Below, one piece after another: positions 28,592-38,411 of a stretch of 64,000 bases of DNA. The stretch comes from an uncultured Nitrososphaerota archaeon (GTDB taxonomy: Archaea > Korarchaeota > Korarchaeia > Korarchaeales > Korarchaeaceae), in NCBI GenBank assembly GCA_964594835.1, contig CAZQNA010000006.1:32001-96000 (forward strand), in the 5' to 3' direction. A model generated the notes under the pieces. The model had not been told where the DNA came from. It ran no database searches and was given only the letters and a program-made list of their open reading frames with translations. The translations under genes were made by a program, and so were the position numbers. Numbering within the stretch: position 1 is the first letter of the stretch; every line of letters starts with the position of its first letter.

Positions 28592-29338
28592 GTGAACCAG
28601 GTCACCCTCGGATTCCTCGGCAGCCTGGCGGCCGGGCTGATGACCGCCCTCGGGGCGCTGCCCGCCCTTCTGCTGCACGGGGAGGTCCCAGACAGGGCGA
28701 TGGACGTGCTCTATGGCCTGGCGGCAGGGGTCATGCTGGCGGCCAGCGCGTTTAGCCTCCTCGCGCCCGCGCTGGAGGTGGGCTCCGTCCAGGAGGTCAC
28801 CGCGGGCTTCGTCCTCGGCGCCGCGCTGATAGGGGCCGGCGACAGGCTGATACCGCACGTCCACCCCGTGTACGGGGAGGAGGGTCCCCCGTCCAGGCTC
28901 AGGAGGGTCTGGCTCCTCGTGCTGGCGATGACGATCCACAACTTTCCGGAGGGCATGGCGGTGGGCGTGGCCTTCGGTTCGGGGGACCTGGGCAGGGCGA
29001 CGGCGCTGGCGACGGCCATAGGCATACAGAACGTGCCTGAGGGGCTGGCCGTCTCCGCCCCGCTGGTCAGGGAGGGCTACGGGGGCCTGAGGGCCACGGT
29101 GTACGGGGCGCTCACGGGGCTGGTGGAGCCGGTGGGCGGGCTCATCGGGGCCCTGGCCGTCACTCGCGCGTCAGCCGCGCTGCCGATGGCGATGGGGCTC
29201 GCCGCTGGTGCCATGATATTCGTCGTGAGCGACGAGATGATCCCGGAGAGCCACAGGAAGGGACACGAGAGGTGGGCAACCGCTGGCGTGATATTGGGCT
29301 TCGCCCTCATGATGTTCCTAGACAGCGCATTCGGCTGA
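28592..29338 (+). CDS. ZIP family metal transporter (ZupT/GufA-like)
   Basis: AAGVMLAAS, TIHNFPEGMAVG, IQNVPEG, EPVGG, DEMIPESH. Confidence 0.92.
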   Translation: MNQVTLGFLGSLAAGLMTALGALPALLLHGEVPDRAMDVLYGLAAGVMLAASAFSLLAPALEVGSVQEVTAGFVLGAALIGAGDRLIPHVHPVYGEEGPPSRLRRVWLLVLAMTIHNFPEGMAVGVAFGSGDLGRATALATAIGIQNVPEGLAVSAPLVREGYGGLRATVYGALTGLVEPVGGLIGALAVTRASAALPMAMGLAAGAMIFVVSDEMIPESHRKGHERWATAGVILGFALMMFLDSAFG

Positions 29339-29458
29339 GGTTCGGAAAGAAGACTTGCCCTATTGAGCACCGCCTCGCTGCTTGCCCACATGACCTGCGC
29401 TAGTTATCTCTCACGAGACTTTCAAAAATCCTCTGAGCAGATGTCCAACGACCTCGCC

Positions 29459-29872
29459 CTAGCGTAGTGAGCGCGGATCTATCCTAGACACGCTCGGCAC
29501 CGTATCGTAGGCCTCGTCCACCGAGATTATCTTTCCGTCGAAGAGGATAGCCGAGGCGCAGTGGAGAGAGTCGAAGTACGTGAGCCCGTGCCTCTCCCTC
29601 AGCTCCGAGGCGAGAGTGACAGTCTCGGTCGTCAGCGGCTGCTCCCCCAGATTCCTGATCCCAGCAAAGGCCCTCAGATCTCTCCTGACCTCGGCCTCGG
29701 CCACGCCCCTCGACCTGAGGAGGAGTTCATACTCCAGCAGGGCGGACACCGCGATCCTGATGCTCCTGAGTCGCCCATCCCTCACGGCCCGAAAGAGCCC
29801 GTCAGCCGCCTCATGGAGGGGGTCTGAGGAGTTAACCAGGGCTATCATCATGTCCAGCTCCACCACCGGCAA
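29459..29872 (-). CDS. vapC: PIN-domain toxin
   Basis: ELD..IA...D.LH, LTYFDSLHCASA, IISVDEAYD. Confidence 0.85.
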   Translation of the reverse strand: MPVVELDMMIALVNSSDPLHEAADGLFRAVRDGRLRSIRIAVSALLEYELLLRSRGVAEAEVRRDLRAFAGIRNLGEQPLTTETVTLASELRERHGLTYFDSLHCASAILFDGKIISVDEAYDTVPSVSRIDPRSLR

Positions 29873-30116
29873 TGGCCTCCCCCTCCAGCAGCCTGTCCGC
29901 CTCTCCCTCCAGCCTCTCGTAGGTCAGCTCCGGATCCCTGTACTTTCCCCTCAGCCTCTCGTACGGGTCTCTCTCCACCCTGACCACAATTTCCCCGCCC
30001 TTCTTCACCTCCCAGAGCAGGATGTCTCCCTCCTCTATGCCGGCCGCCCTCCGGACGGCGGAGGGTACCGTCGTCAGCCCCTTTCTGCTGACCCTGCTCA
30101 CCGCCACGGTCATCAT
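29832..30116 (-). CDS. vapB: AbrB-type antitoxin
   Basis: SRVSRKGLTTVPSAVRRAAGIEEGD. Confidence 0.85.
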   Translation of the reverse strand: MMTVAVSRVSRKGLTTVPSAVRRAAGIEEGDILLWEVKKGGEIVVRVERDPYERLRGKYRDPELTYERLEGEADRLLEGEAIAGGGAGHDDSPG

Positions 30117-30130
30117 AGCAAACCGGCCTG

Positions 30131-30171
30131 TCTTAGAAATATAAGATTGCTATGAAAACTTAGACTCTAAG
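30131..30171. promoter_or_regulatory. vapBC-2 promoter palindromes
   Basis: TCTTA-N6-TAAGA over the TATA region and CTTAGA-C-TCTAAG at 30159-30171. Confidence 0.5.
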
Positions 30172-30310
30172 ACTATGCAGGGGGCTGGGCGACCCTTCGC
30201 ATTGAGCCCTCCGCGTGCCCACGCAAGAATGCGAGGAGCCCCTTGTCTACGGTCGAGTGTTTCTCCTGAGGGCTGCTCCCAGACCGCCTGATTGAGGCCG
30301 GTCAGAGGGT

Positions 30311-30552
30311 GCGTTCCTCCTCTCAGACGTTCCCCCTCGGGTGGTAGCCCCTGTCCTCCCAGAACCCGCCCGGATAGTCCCTAGTGAACTCCGCCCTCGT
30401 CCAGCTACTTGGCGCTCTTCCAGGCGTACAGGTGCGGGATGATCGGCCTCGCCGGGAATCCCGTCTCCTCCGGGAGAGGCCTGCCGTTCACCTCGAGGGC
30501 CACGATGGCGTCCTCCACCAGCGCGTCCTCTATGGGGACGGACGCGTCGTAC
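30311..30552 (-). pseudogene. sulfite-oxidase-like (MsrP/YedY-type) molybdoenzyme 3' fragment
   Basis: [27 protein letters not shown], frameshift, then EFTRDYPGGFWEDRGYHPRGNV*EEER; 5' part absent. Confidence 0.8.
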
Positions 30553-30704
30553 CGTCTAGGTTCACGTGCGCCTCTCGAGCGCCGAGTACTCGATGAAGTT
30601 GCTGACTCACCTATGCCCCGGCGGGAGTTCCGGCACGTGCCGCTCACTCCGCCGGGCCTAATATCCTATTCCATCAACCTCCGAACCCTCCATCCTCGAC
30701 GGGG

Positions 30705-31289
30705 TCAGAGGGAGACCTCCCTCTCCGTTGAGGGATCCACCGTCACGTACCGGTCGCTGCCCAAGTACAGGGAGGGCCTGACCCTGCCCAGGTCGACCGT
30801 CACGTCCTCTCTGAGGGAGTCGGAGGCCAGGAGGGACTTCACCTCGCCCACGAACCACGTGTGATCTCCCCAGACCCTGGAGTCCACCACGCGGCACTCG
30901 AGGGCGATATAGGCCTCGGCGAGTATCGGAACCCCGAGCTCCGGGCCCTCGAGCACCTCGATTCCCGCGGCCCTGAGCTTGTCCCTCCTCTCCCTCCGGG
31001 ACACCCTGCCGACGAAGTGTACCTTCTGGACCAGCTCGAAGGGCAGGAAGTTGACCCCGAACACGCCCGTCCTCCTCACGTTGTCGTGGGTGGCCCTCTT
31101 GGGACTGATCGAGATCCCGTAGAGGGGAGGCCTGTGGGAGATGGGCGAGTGCCAAGTGGCCGCCATGGCGTTGGGCTCACCCTCGGGGGACAGGGAGGTT
31201 ATGACCGCCGCCATCCTCGGGTTCACGGCGGCGAAGAATCTGCTCGCGTCGACCCTTCGCATCACCATGGTTATCCTTGGGCCGGACAT
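30705..31289 (-). CDS. flavin reductase family protein (DIM6/NTAB)
   Basis: PNAMAATWHSPISHRPP, FGVNF, LECRV, GDHTWFVGEV. Confidence 0.9.
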   Translation of the reverse strand: MSGPRITMVMRRVDASRFFAAVNPRMAAVITSLSPEGEPNAMAATWHSPISHRPPLYGISISPKRATHDNVRRTGVFGVNFLPFELVQKVHFVGRVSRRERRDKLRAAGIEVLEGPELGVPILAEAYIALECRVVDSRVWGDHTWFVGEVKSLLASDSLREDVTVDLGRVRPSLYLGSDRYVTVDPSTEREVSL

Positions 31290-31372
31290 AAATCCAGCTG
31301 ACTGGGCGTCGGTTAGGGTCCCCGGCCGTTCGACCTCTCTTTAAAAGGAGGGACGTGCGGGGCCGCCCCGTA

Positions 31373-32833
31373 ATGGACCAGCGCAGGACGCCCCTGGTCG
31401 ACTTCCTGAACGAGGAGGTCGAGAGGTACTACAGGTGGTGCACCCCCTCGGTCCTCCTCGACGCCCCGCGCGTGGGGGACGTCTACGCCACCGATGTCAG
31501 CGCCTCTCTGTCGGTGAGGGGGACGCTGGCCGACAACTCTGGAATATTTGAGGAGGCCCACAGGCTCGCCGCGGAGGCCTACGGGGCGGATCACACCCTG
31601 TTCAGCGTCCACGGCTCCACGGGCAGCGTGTACGTCGTCCTGAGGTACCTCAGCCTCATGTACGGGACCCCCCTGATCCTGGCGAGCAGGAACATACACA
31701 TCAGCGTCCAGAACGCCTGCGAGGACTTCGGCGTGAGGTACAGGTTCATCAAGAGCCACTACGACCCTGAGTTCGACGCCTTCATCCCGCCGAAGCCGGA
31801 GGAGGTCGTAGAGGCCCTCGAGAGGTACCCGGAGGCCAACGCCGTGCTCCTCTCCAACCCCACCTACGAGGGCCTGTCCTGCCGCCTGAGGGAGACCGTG
31901 GAGGCGATCAGGGGGGTCAGCGAGGACGTCCTCGTGATAGTCGACGAGGCCTGGGGGGCGCACTTCAGGTTCAGCGACAGGCTCCCTGAGACCGCGATGG
32001 AGGCGGGGGCGGACATCAGCATCCAGAGCACCCACAAGCAGGGCGGATCGCTCCAGCAGACCGGCATGATACATTGGAGGGACGAGCGGGTCGACTACGA
32101 CGTCATGTGGGAGGCCTACAGGGGCTACGTCACCACGAGCCCCTCTTACCACCTGATGGCCTCGCTGGACGCAGCCAGGGCCCACATGGTGGAGAGGGGG
32201 AGGGAGGAGATCGACAGGCTGATACGCCTCTCCGAGAGGTTCAGGGGCATGCTGAGGGAGCGGCTGCCGAGGCTGGGCGTCCTCGACTCCGGCTACCTCG
32301 AGAGGTGGGCGGAGCACGTCGGAGGGGTCGACCTGACCAAGACCCTCCTCTCCCTCACCTCCTACCGGGTGACGGGGTTCTGGCTGGACGAGGAGCTGCA
32401 GAGGAGGTACAGGGTCGTCCCCGAGACCGCCAACTACAACTCGCTCCTGTTCATAGCCACGTTCCAGCTGCCCGAGGACGCCGTGGAGGCGACAGTGGAC
32501 GCCCTCGAGAGCCTGCTCACCGGGGCCGAGGCCCCCGGCGGGAAGAGGCTCCTGACCCCGCCCCTCAGGGACAGGCCCCCGAAGATAGAGCCCTACCTCC
32601 TGAGGAGGATGCCGAAGAAGCTGATCACCCAGAGGATACCGCTCGACCTGGCAGTCGGCATGATCTCGGCGGAGACCGTGGTGACCTACCCGCCCGGCGT
32701 GCCCATACTCATCAAGGGACACAGGATCGAGAGGGAGGCGGTCGAGTACCTGAAGGCGGCGAGGGACGCTGGCGGGCTGCTGATAGCCAGGGACCCCACC
32801 CTCAGGGAGGTGGAGGTCCTCAAGTTCACCTGA
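31373..32833 (+). CDS. PLP-dependent Orn/Lys/Arg decarboxylase (fold type I)
   Basis: HGSTG, RNIHIS, PTYEG, VDEAWGAH, QSTHKQ (PLP Lys), TTSPSY..MASLD, YPPGVP. Confidence 0.9.
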   Translation: MDQRRTPLVDFLNEEVERYYRWCTPSVLLDAPRVGDVYATDVSASLSVRGTLADNSGIFEEAHRLAAEAYGADHTLFSVHGSTGSVYVVLRYLSLMYGTPLILASRNIHISVQNACEDFGVRYRFIKSHYDPEFDAFIPPKPEEVVEALERYPEANAVLLSNPTYEGLSCRLRETVEAIRGVSEDVLVIVDEAWGAHFRFSDRLPETAMEAGADISIQSTHKQGGSLQQTGMIHWRDERVDYDVMWEAYRGYVTTSPSYHLMASLDAARAHMVERGREEIDRLIRLSERFRGMLRERLPRLGVLDSGYLERWAEHVGGVDLTKTLLSLTSYRVTGFWLDEELQRRYRVVPETANYNSLLFIATFQLPEDAVEATVDALESLLTGAEAPGGKRLLTPPLRDRPPKIEPYLLRRMPKKLITQRIPLDLAVGMISAETVVTYPPGVPILIKGHRIEREAVEYLKAARDAGGLLIARDPTLREVEVLKFT

Positions 32834-32856
32834 TTCCAGCCGGCCCGGGCAGAGGG

Positions 32857-34630
32857 TCACAGGCTCGGGCGCCAGCGGAGCCTCAGCAGGAGCGCGTTGG
32901 CCACCGCTATGATGGAGCTGGCCGACATCACCAGGGCAGAGATCTCCGGCGGTATCAGCACCCCGTACCGGCCGTAGAGGGCTCCTGCCGCCAGTGGAAT
33001 TGCCACGGCGTTGTAGCCGGTGGCCCAGAACAGGTTCTGGACCATCTTGGAGTAGGCCGCCTGGGAGAGCTCGAAGAGCCTGACCACGTCCAGCGGGTCG
33101 CTCCTCACCAGCACCACGTCCGCGGACTCCATGGCGACGTTCGTGCCCGCCTCTATGGCCACGCCCACGTCGGCCCTGGCCAGCGCGGGGGCGTCGTTTA
33201 TGCTGTCGCCCACCATCACGACGACCTCCCCGGCCTCCTGGAGCCTTGTCATTGCTCTCTCCTTGTCCTCCGGCATTACCTCCGCCACGAACCTCTCTAT
33301 GCCCAGCTCCTGGGCTATGGCCGAGGCAGTGGCCTCGTTGTCGCCCGCCGCCTCCACTATCGCCCCGGCCATCGGGTGCTCCGAGCTGGCCTCCACGGAG
33401 GCCGCGAGGGCCAGGAGTTTCGTCCTCCCCCACCCCGCGAGCGGGCCTGACGGACACAACCCTCGGCCTGCCCTCGGTCAGGGTCCCGGTCTTGTCGAAC
33501 ACAACCGTGGTGGCCGTCCTGAGCCGCTCGAAGACCCCGGCGTCCTTCACGAGGATGCCCATCCTGGCCGCCAGGCCGGTCGCGAGCGTGGTCACGACGG
33601 GCATCGCCAGGCCAAGGGCGTGGGGACACGTGATCACCATGACTGAGATCGCCAGGGACAGGGCGAACACTCCCCCCGTCCCTCGCGCGAGCGCCTAGTA
33701 CGAGTAGGTCGCCAGCGCCGCGACCACCGCTATCATCGTGAGGTAGTGGGCCGCCCTGTCCGCGAGCCTCTGGAGGCTGGGCTTGCTCTCCTCGGCCTCC
33801 CTCACGAGCCTCACGATCTGGGCGAACGCCGTGTCCTCCCCGACCCTGACCGCCCTCACCTTCACGGCCCCGTGGGCGTTTATCGTCCCGGCGGCCACCT
33901 CCTCGCCCGGGCCCTTCCTCACGGGCTTGGACTCGCCAGTGAGCATGCTCTCGTCCGCGCAGGTCTCGCCCTCGACGACGACGCCGTCCACGGGGAAGGA
34001 CTCTCCCGGCCTGACCAGCACCGTGTCCCCGACCCTGACCTCCTCCGCAGGAACCTCCAGGATCTCCCCGTCCCTGATCACCCTGGCTGTGACGGGCGCC
34101 ATCTCCATCAGGGCGTCCAGGGCCGTCCTGGTGCGCCTGAACGCCTTCATCTCCATCCAGTGCCCGAACAGCAGGAAGACCGTGAGCGTGGTGACGGCCT
34201 CGAAGAAGTCGTCGCCCCCGAAGATGAACGTGGCCCCGACGCTGTAGATGTACCCGGAGAGGAGGGCCAGGCTCACGAGGACGTTCATCCCCAGCAGGCC
34301 CCTCTTCAGCGTGGAGTAGCCCCCCTTGAAGAAGGGCCTGCCGCCGTAGAAGACCACCACAGTCGACAGCGCGAAGATCAGGTAATCCAGCCCCGGGATC
34401 TCGGGAAGCCTCAGCCCCAGGAACTGTGCGAACCTGGAGTAGAGGAAGACGGGAGTGGTCAGCGCCAGGGACGCGAGGAACCTGTTCCTCATGTCTCGCT
34501 CCATGGCTTCGTGGTCGTGTCCCGCGTGTGCCCCCCGTGCTCCGGTCGCTTTCCCCCCTCCACGCACGTCGTGGCTGTGTTCCACAGCGCCGGCGGCCCC
34601 ACCCGCTGAGCTACCCTCCGTGGACATCAT
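32857..34630 (-). pseudogene. copB: copper P1B-type ATPase (CopB-like) pseudogene
   Basis: His-rich N-terminus, TGES, CPH, DKTGT, SEHP, GDSINDAP, YN and MSASS motifs; in-frame TAG at 33695-33697, frameshift near 33430, deletion joining IVEAA to GDN near 33346. Confidence 0.88.
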
Positions 34631-34790
34631 GTCACGAGTCAATACATCGAATATAAACATATATTTATGGTGGATCGGGATTAGAGGGGCGACAGGGTCC
34701 CTCTGGTAACTCACAGGTCCTGTGCGGGGGCGCGGATCTGAGCCAAAGTATTTAAATACAATATATCTTCAATAGATTTAGCTGATTGAG

Positions 34791-35000
34791 ATGACGCGAG
34801 ATGTTTCGGGAGTCGGCGTTAGGGCGACTCACCCGGGTGAAGGGATTGGGGCCGAGGGACCGGGCAAGTTCCACGGGTACTCCACGATCGACTGTGAGCT
34901 CAACCGGGAGATGGGCGGGATTCCGGACGAGAGGACCGCCGCCGGAGGACTCCGGCACGGCTTAAGGCGAGGCGGACTCACTCGGAGAGGTGAGAGCTGA
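34791..35000 (+). pseudogene. degenerate cupredoxin/CuA-like remnant
   Basis: PGKFHGYSTIDCELNREMGG resembles an eroded PG.F...C...CG..H..M.G motif. Confidence 0.35.
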
Positions 35001-35158
35001 TGTGCCCGTGCTGGAGCTGGGGATTTGGTGGGGGATGGATGTGGGGACCGGGCCTGTTCCTGTGGTGGCTGCCGGTCCTCCTTATAGGGCTCGGCGTCCT
35101 GGGGATCCTCCTCCTTCTCCTGGGGCGTACCCGCCGAGAATGGGGAGAAGTGTCTTAA
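35000..35158 (+). CDS. 52-aa membrane peptide (absent from the ORF track)
   Basis: GAGGTGA SD; MCPCWSWGFGGGWMWGPGLFLWWLPVLLIGLGVLGILLLLLGRTRREWGEVS*. Confidence 0.55.
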   Translation: MCPCWSWGFGGGWMWGPGLFLWWLPVLLIGLGVLGILLLLLGRTRREWGEVS

Positions 35159-35182
35159 ATTGACAGTGAGAGAGCGCGCGAG

Positions 35183-35701
35183 ATGACGGAGGGTTTCAGG
35201 CCCAGGGGGCTCGTTAGGACCCTGATCCTCCTCTCGCTCTACAAGGGCAAGAGGCACGGCTACGGCATAATGGAGGATGTGGAGAAGATAACCGGGAAGA
35301 GGCCGAGCGCGGGCGAGGTGTACCCGTTCCTCAGGAGGCTCGAGAGGGAGGGCTACGTCAGGGTGGAGGAGGACAGGGCCAGCAGGAGGAAGGTCTACGA
35401 GCTCACCGAGGCTGGCCGCCTCCTCGTCGAGGACACGGTCGAGAGGATGTCCGGGATAATAGAGGCCATCGTGGAGGCCAAGATCACGGTCTGCGCCAAC
35501 TGCGGGGTGAAGATATACGAGGGGGGCGTGGAGGTGGAGGTGGACGGCCGCAGACTGAGGTTCTGCTGCGAGCACTGCGCCGCGAATTACCTTGCGAAGA
35601 GGGGAATCGTGGAGGCAGTCATGCATCCCCTGACCGACGTGAGCGAAGATCGAGCCTCGGGCGGGTCCGATGAGGACCTTGAGACGCCGCGGGATCGCTA
35701 G
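35183..35701 (+). CDS. PadR-family regulator with C-terminal TRASH (metal-binding) domain
   Basis: HGYGIM..PSAGEVYPFL..RKVYELT; CANCG...FCCEHC. Confidence 0.85.
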   Translation: MTEGFRPRGLVRTLILLSLYKGKRHGYGIMEDVEKITGKRPSAGEVYPFLRRLEREGYVRVEEDRASRRKVYELTEAGRLLVEDTVERMSGIIEAIVEAKITVCANCGVKIYEGGVEVEVDGRRLRFCCEHCAANYLAKRGIVEAVMHPLTDVSEDRASGGSDEDLETPRDR

Positions 35702-35853
35702 GACAGCATTTAGGGAGATCCGTCCCTGGGCTACCCCGCCGCATCGGGGGCCAAGTCTTCCCTAGCCCCTTGGGGGATCGGGGGCTGGTCGCCCGGGACC
35801 GCGGGGCCTGGGCAACTAACTTTTTCTCCCAGCGCCGAAGAGAGGGAGGAGAG

Positions 35854-37071
35854 ATGCCCTCGGATGTGAAGAGGCTCCTGGAGGCCCACGGGCGGCCGGA
35901 GAGGGAGGTGTACCTCGACTACGAGAACTCCGGGCGGGTCCCCCCGGAGGTCGTGGAGGCCATGCTCCCCTACTTCAACGAGGTGGGCTACGGCCACCCG
36001 TCCATAACCAACAGGCCGGGGTGGGAGGCCTTCGAACTCGTCCAGGAGACCGCCGAGACGGTTGCACGGACCCTGGGCGTGGATCCCGAGGACGTCCACT
36101 TCACACACAGCGGGACGGAGGCCAACAACCTCGCGATAATCGGCGCCGCGAGGGCCAACCGCTCCAGGGGGAGGAAGATAGTGGTCTCGGCCGTCGAGCA
36201 CCTCAGCGTGATACTGCCCGCGGAGTCGCTCGAGGACGCGGGGTTCACGGTGATCAGGGCCCCGGTGGACGGGGAGGGCTTCGTCGACCAGGACGTTCTG
36301 GCCGAGCTGGTGGACAGGGAGACCGTCTTGGTGTCGGTCCAGGCGGTCAACCACGAGATCGGCACCATTCAGAGGGTGAGGGGGCTCTCGGAGGTCGTGA
36401 GGGACAAGAACGCCGACGTCATATTTCACACGGACGCGTGCGACGCCTACGGCAGGATCAGGATCGACGCGGACGCCATGGGGGTCGACATGATCACCCT
36501 CAGCTCCCACAAGGTCCTGGGACCCAAGGGCGTCGGCGTGCTTTACGTGGCCGACGGCTTGAGGGTCGAGCCCGTGCTGAGGGGCGCCCTCAGCTCGGAG
36601 CCCCTCTGGCCGGGCGTGGAGAACGTCCCCGCCCTTGCGGGCTTCAAGAGGGCCGTGGAGCTCGCATTTGAGGACTTCGACGGCTCGAACGAGAGGGTCC
36701 GGTCCCTCAGGGATCGACTGATGGACTCCCTGCTCTCAGGGGTGCCGGAGGCCCTCCTGAACGGCCCTAGGGGCGAGGAGAGGGTGTCAGACAACCTCAA
36801 CCTCAGTTTCCTCCACGTGGAGGGGGAGGCCCTCACCGTGGAACTCAGCATGAGGGGGGTCTACGTCTCCAGCGGGAGCGCCTGCACGAGCCGGGTGCTC
36901 GAGCCCAGCCACGTCATGCTCGCCATAGGCAGGAGGTACGAGGAGGCCCACGGCAGCATCCTCTTCAGGCTCACGAGGTACCACACCCCTGAGGACGTGG
37001 ACTACGTTGCGAGACAGGTGCCAGAGGCCGTGGAGAGACTCCGTCGCATGAGCCCGCTGGGCAAGGGGTAA
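35854..37071 (+). CDS. iscS: cysteine desulfurase, group I (IscS/NifS)
   Basis: SGTEANN, VEHLSV, NHEIG, SSHKV.GPKG, SSGSACTS. Confidence 0.9.
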   Translation: MPSDVKRLLEAHGRPEREVYLDYENSGRVPPEVVEAMLPYFNEVGYGHPSITNRPGWEAFELVQETAETVARTLGVDPEDVHFTHSGTEANNLAIIGAARANRSRGRKIVVSAVEHLSVILPAESLEDAGFTVIRAPVDGEGFVDQDVLAELVDRETVLVSVQAVNHEIGTIQRVRGLSEVVRDKNADVIFHTDACDAYGRIRIDADAMGVDMITLSSHKVLGPKGVGVLYVADGLRVEPVLRGALSSEPLWPGVENVPALAGFKRAVELAFEDFDGSNERVRSLRDRLMDSLLSGVPEALLNGPRGEERVSDNLNLSFLHVEGEALTVELSMRGVYVSSGSACTSRVLEPSHVMLAIGRRYEEAHGSILFRLTRYHTPEDVDYVARQVPEAVERLRRMSPLGKG

Positions 37072-37110
37072 ATACTCCCCTAGATGACCATGGTTGTAGG
37101 AGGGCCCGGC

Positions 37111-37617
37111 ATGAGCACCAGGGTTCCGCTTCCGTACACGCCGAAGGTGCTGGAGCTGTTCAGGAACCCCAAGAACCTGGGCAGGATGGAGAATCCGGAC
37201 GCCTCGGCGCAGGCCGGAAGCCCGGCGTGCGGCGACGTCATCAGCCTCTACCTGAGGATAGCGGAGAGGGACGGGGTGGAGGTCATAGAGGACGCCAAGT
37301 TCGAGAGCTACGGGTGCGCGGCCAATATAGCCGCGGCCAGCATGCTGACGGAGATGATCAAGGGAAAGTCCGTCAGGCGGGCCTGGGAGCTGGGGTGGCG
37401 CGAGGTGGCCGAGGCCCTGGGCGGCCTGCCCCCGGTGAAGAGGCACTGCAGCGTCCTCGCGGTGGGCGCCCTCAGGAGGGCCATCAGGGCCTACTACGAG
37501 AAGAGGGGGAGGAGGCCAGAGTGGCTCCCAGAGGGGCTCACGGCTGCCGAGAAGCAGGCCCTTGAGGAGGAGGAGTTCATAGAGCGGGTGTTCGGTGGTA
37601 GGCTTGAGGGGGCCTGA
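37111..37617 (+). CDS. iscU: Fe-S cluster scaffold IscU/NifU-N
   Basis: FRNPKNLG, GSPACGD, GCAA, LGGLPPVKRHCS. Confidence 0.92.
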   Translation: MSTRVPLPYTPKVLELFRNPKNLGRMENPDASAQAGSPACGDVISLYLRIAERDGVEVIEDAKFESYGCAANIAAASMLTEMIKGKSVRRAWELGWREVAEALGGLPPVKRHCSVLAVGALRRAIRAYYEKRGRRPEWLPEGLTAAEKQALEEEEFIERVFGGRLEGA

Positions 37618-37633
37618 GGCCGGAGGGACCCCG

Positions 37634-37882
37634 GTGGGCGACTACCGCGTCGTCGCCGAGCTCGACATCTCTGGCAGATCGAGGAAGTGCGTGGAGTCTC
37701 CCCTCGTGGCGCTCACCCGGGCCATGTCGGGTCTGCGGCCCGGCGAGGCCATAGTGGTGAGGTTCGATCCTGGGAGGACCCCCGCCAGGGCCATCGAGCT
37801 GATGGCGACCAAGAGGGGGCTGGGGTTCTCCCCACTCGGCGGGGGAGAGACGCGCTCCTGCCTGATCTACTCCCCGGGCTGA
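37634..37882 (+). CDS. TusA/SirA-like sulfur carrier
   Basis: ELDISG..KCVESPLV...AMSGLRPGEAIVV. Confidence 0.6.
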   Translation: MGDYRVVAELDISGRSRKCVESPLVALTRAMSGLRPGEAIVVRFDPGRTPARAIELMATKRGLGFSPLGGGETRSCLIYSPG

Positions 37883-37964
37883 GGACCCGAGGGGACGAGG
37901 GGCCCCCGAGAGGAAACCATATTATATGGGCCGAGGCGACCGCTCCTTCGGTGCTGGGGAATTG

Positions 37965-38330
37965 ATGGGGTTCGTGCTGGAGGGGGCCGCGTGGAAGGGT
38001 ACGGCCATATTCGGCAGCATAGGGCCTACCGAGATCATACTCCTGCTCATCCTGGCCCTGATACTCCTCGGGCCGAGCAAGCTGCCTGAGCTGGCCAGGA
38101 GCCTCGGTCAGGCCATCAACGAGTTCAAGAGGGCGACCTCACAGGCCATGGAGACCGCGCCGGCGACTCCCGCCCCCGCCCAGGCCCAGGTTCAGGAGGT
38201 GGCCCCGGCCAGGCGGGAGAAGAGCGTGAGGGAGCTTGCCAGGGAGCTCGGAATCGACACCACGGGCAAGACTGACGAGGAGCTGGAGAAGGAGATAATA
38301 GCACTCGTGAAGAAGAGCTCCTCCGAGTAG
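37965..38330 (+). CDS. tatA: twin-arginine translocase TatA
   Basis: IGPTEII..LLGPSKLPELARSLGQAINEFKRA. Confidence 0.92.
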   Translation: MGFVLEGAAWKGTAIFGSIGPTEIILLLILALILLGPSKLPELARSLGQAINEFKRATSQAMETAPATPAPAQAQVQEVAPARREKSVRELARELGIDTTGKTDEELEKEIIALVKKSSSE

Positions 38331-38411
38331 GCGCGTGGTGAGGGGGGCCCGGCGGGGGCCCCGGCCGCCTGATTTTTACCTCTCCCCGCCTGGGGAGAGG
38401 GGTGACTCAGA

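Noticed and set aside
31313-33670. 785-aa minus-strand ORF, and other long shadow ORFs such as 12533-14587, 24099-25520 and 39569-40903
   Set aside because: These are antisense or off-frame shadows caused by high GC3; only the first 80 or so codons of this one belong to the copB remnant
33695-33697. In-frame TAG in copB (and TAG/TGA in the sulfite-oxidase fragment) as pyrrolysine/selenocysteine recoding
   Set aside because: The stops fit TGG(Trp)-to-stop transitions, and both genes also have frameshifts or deletions, so they are pseudogenes
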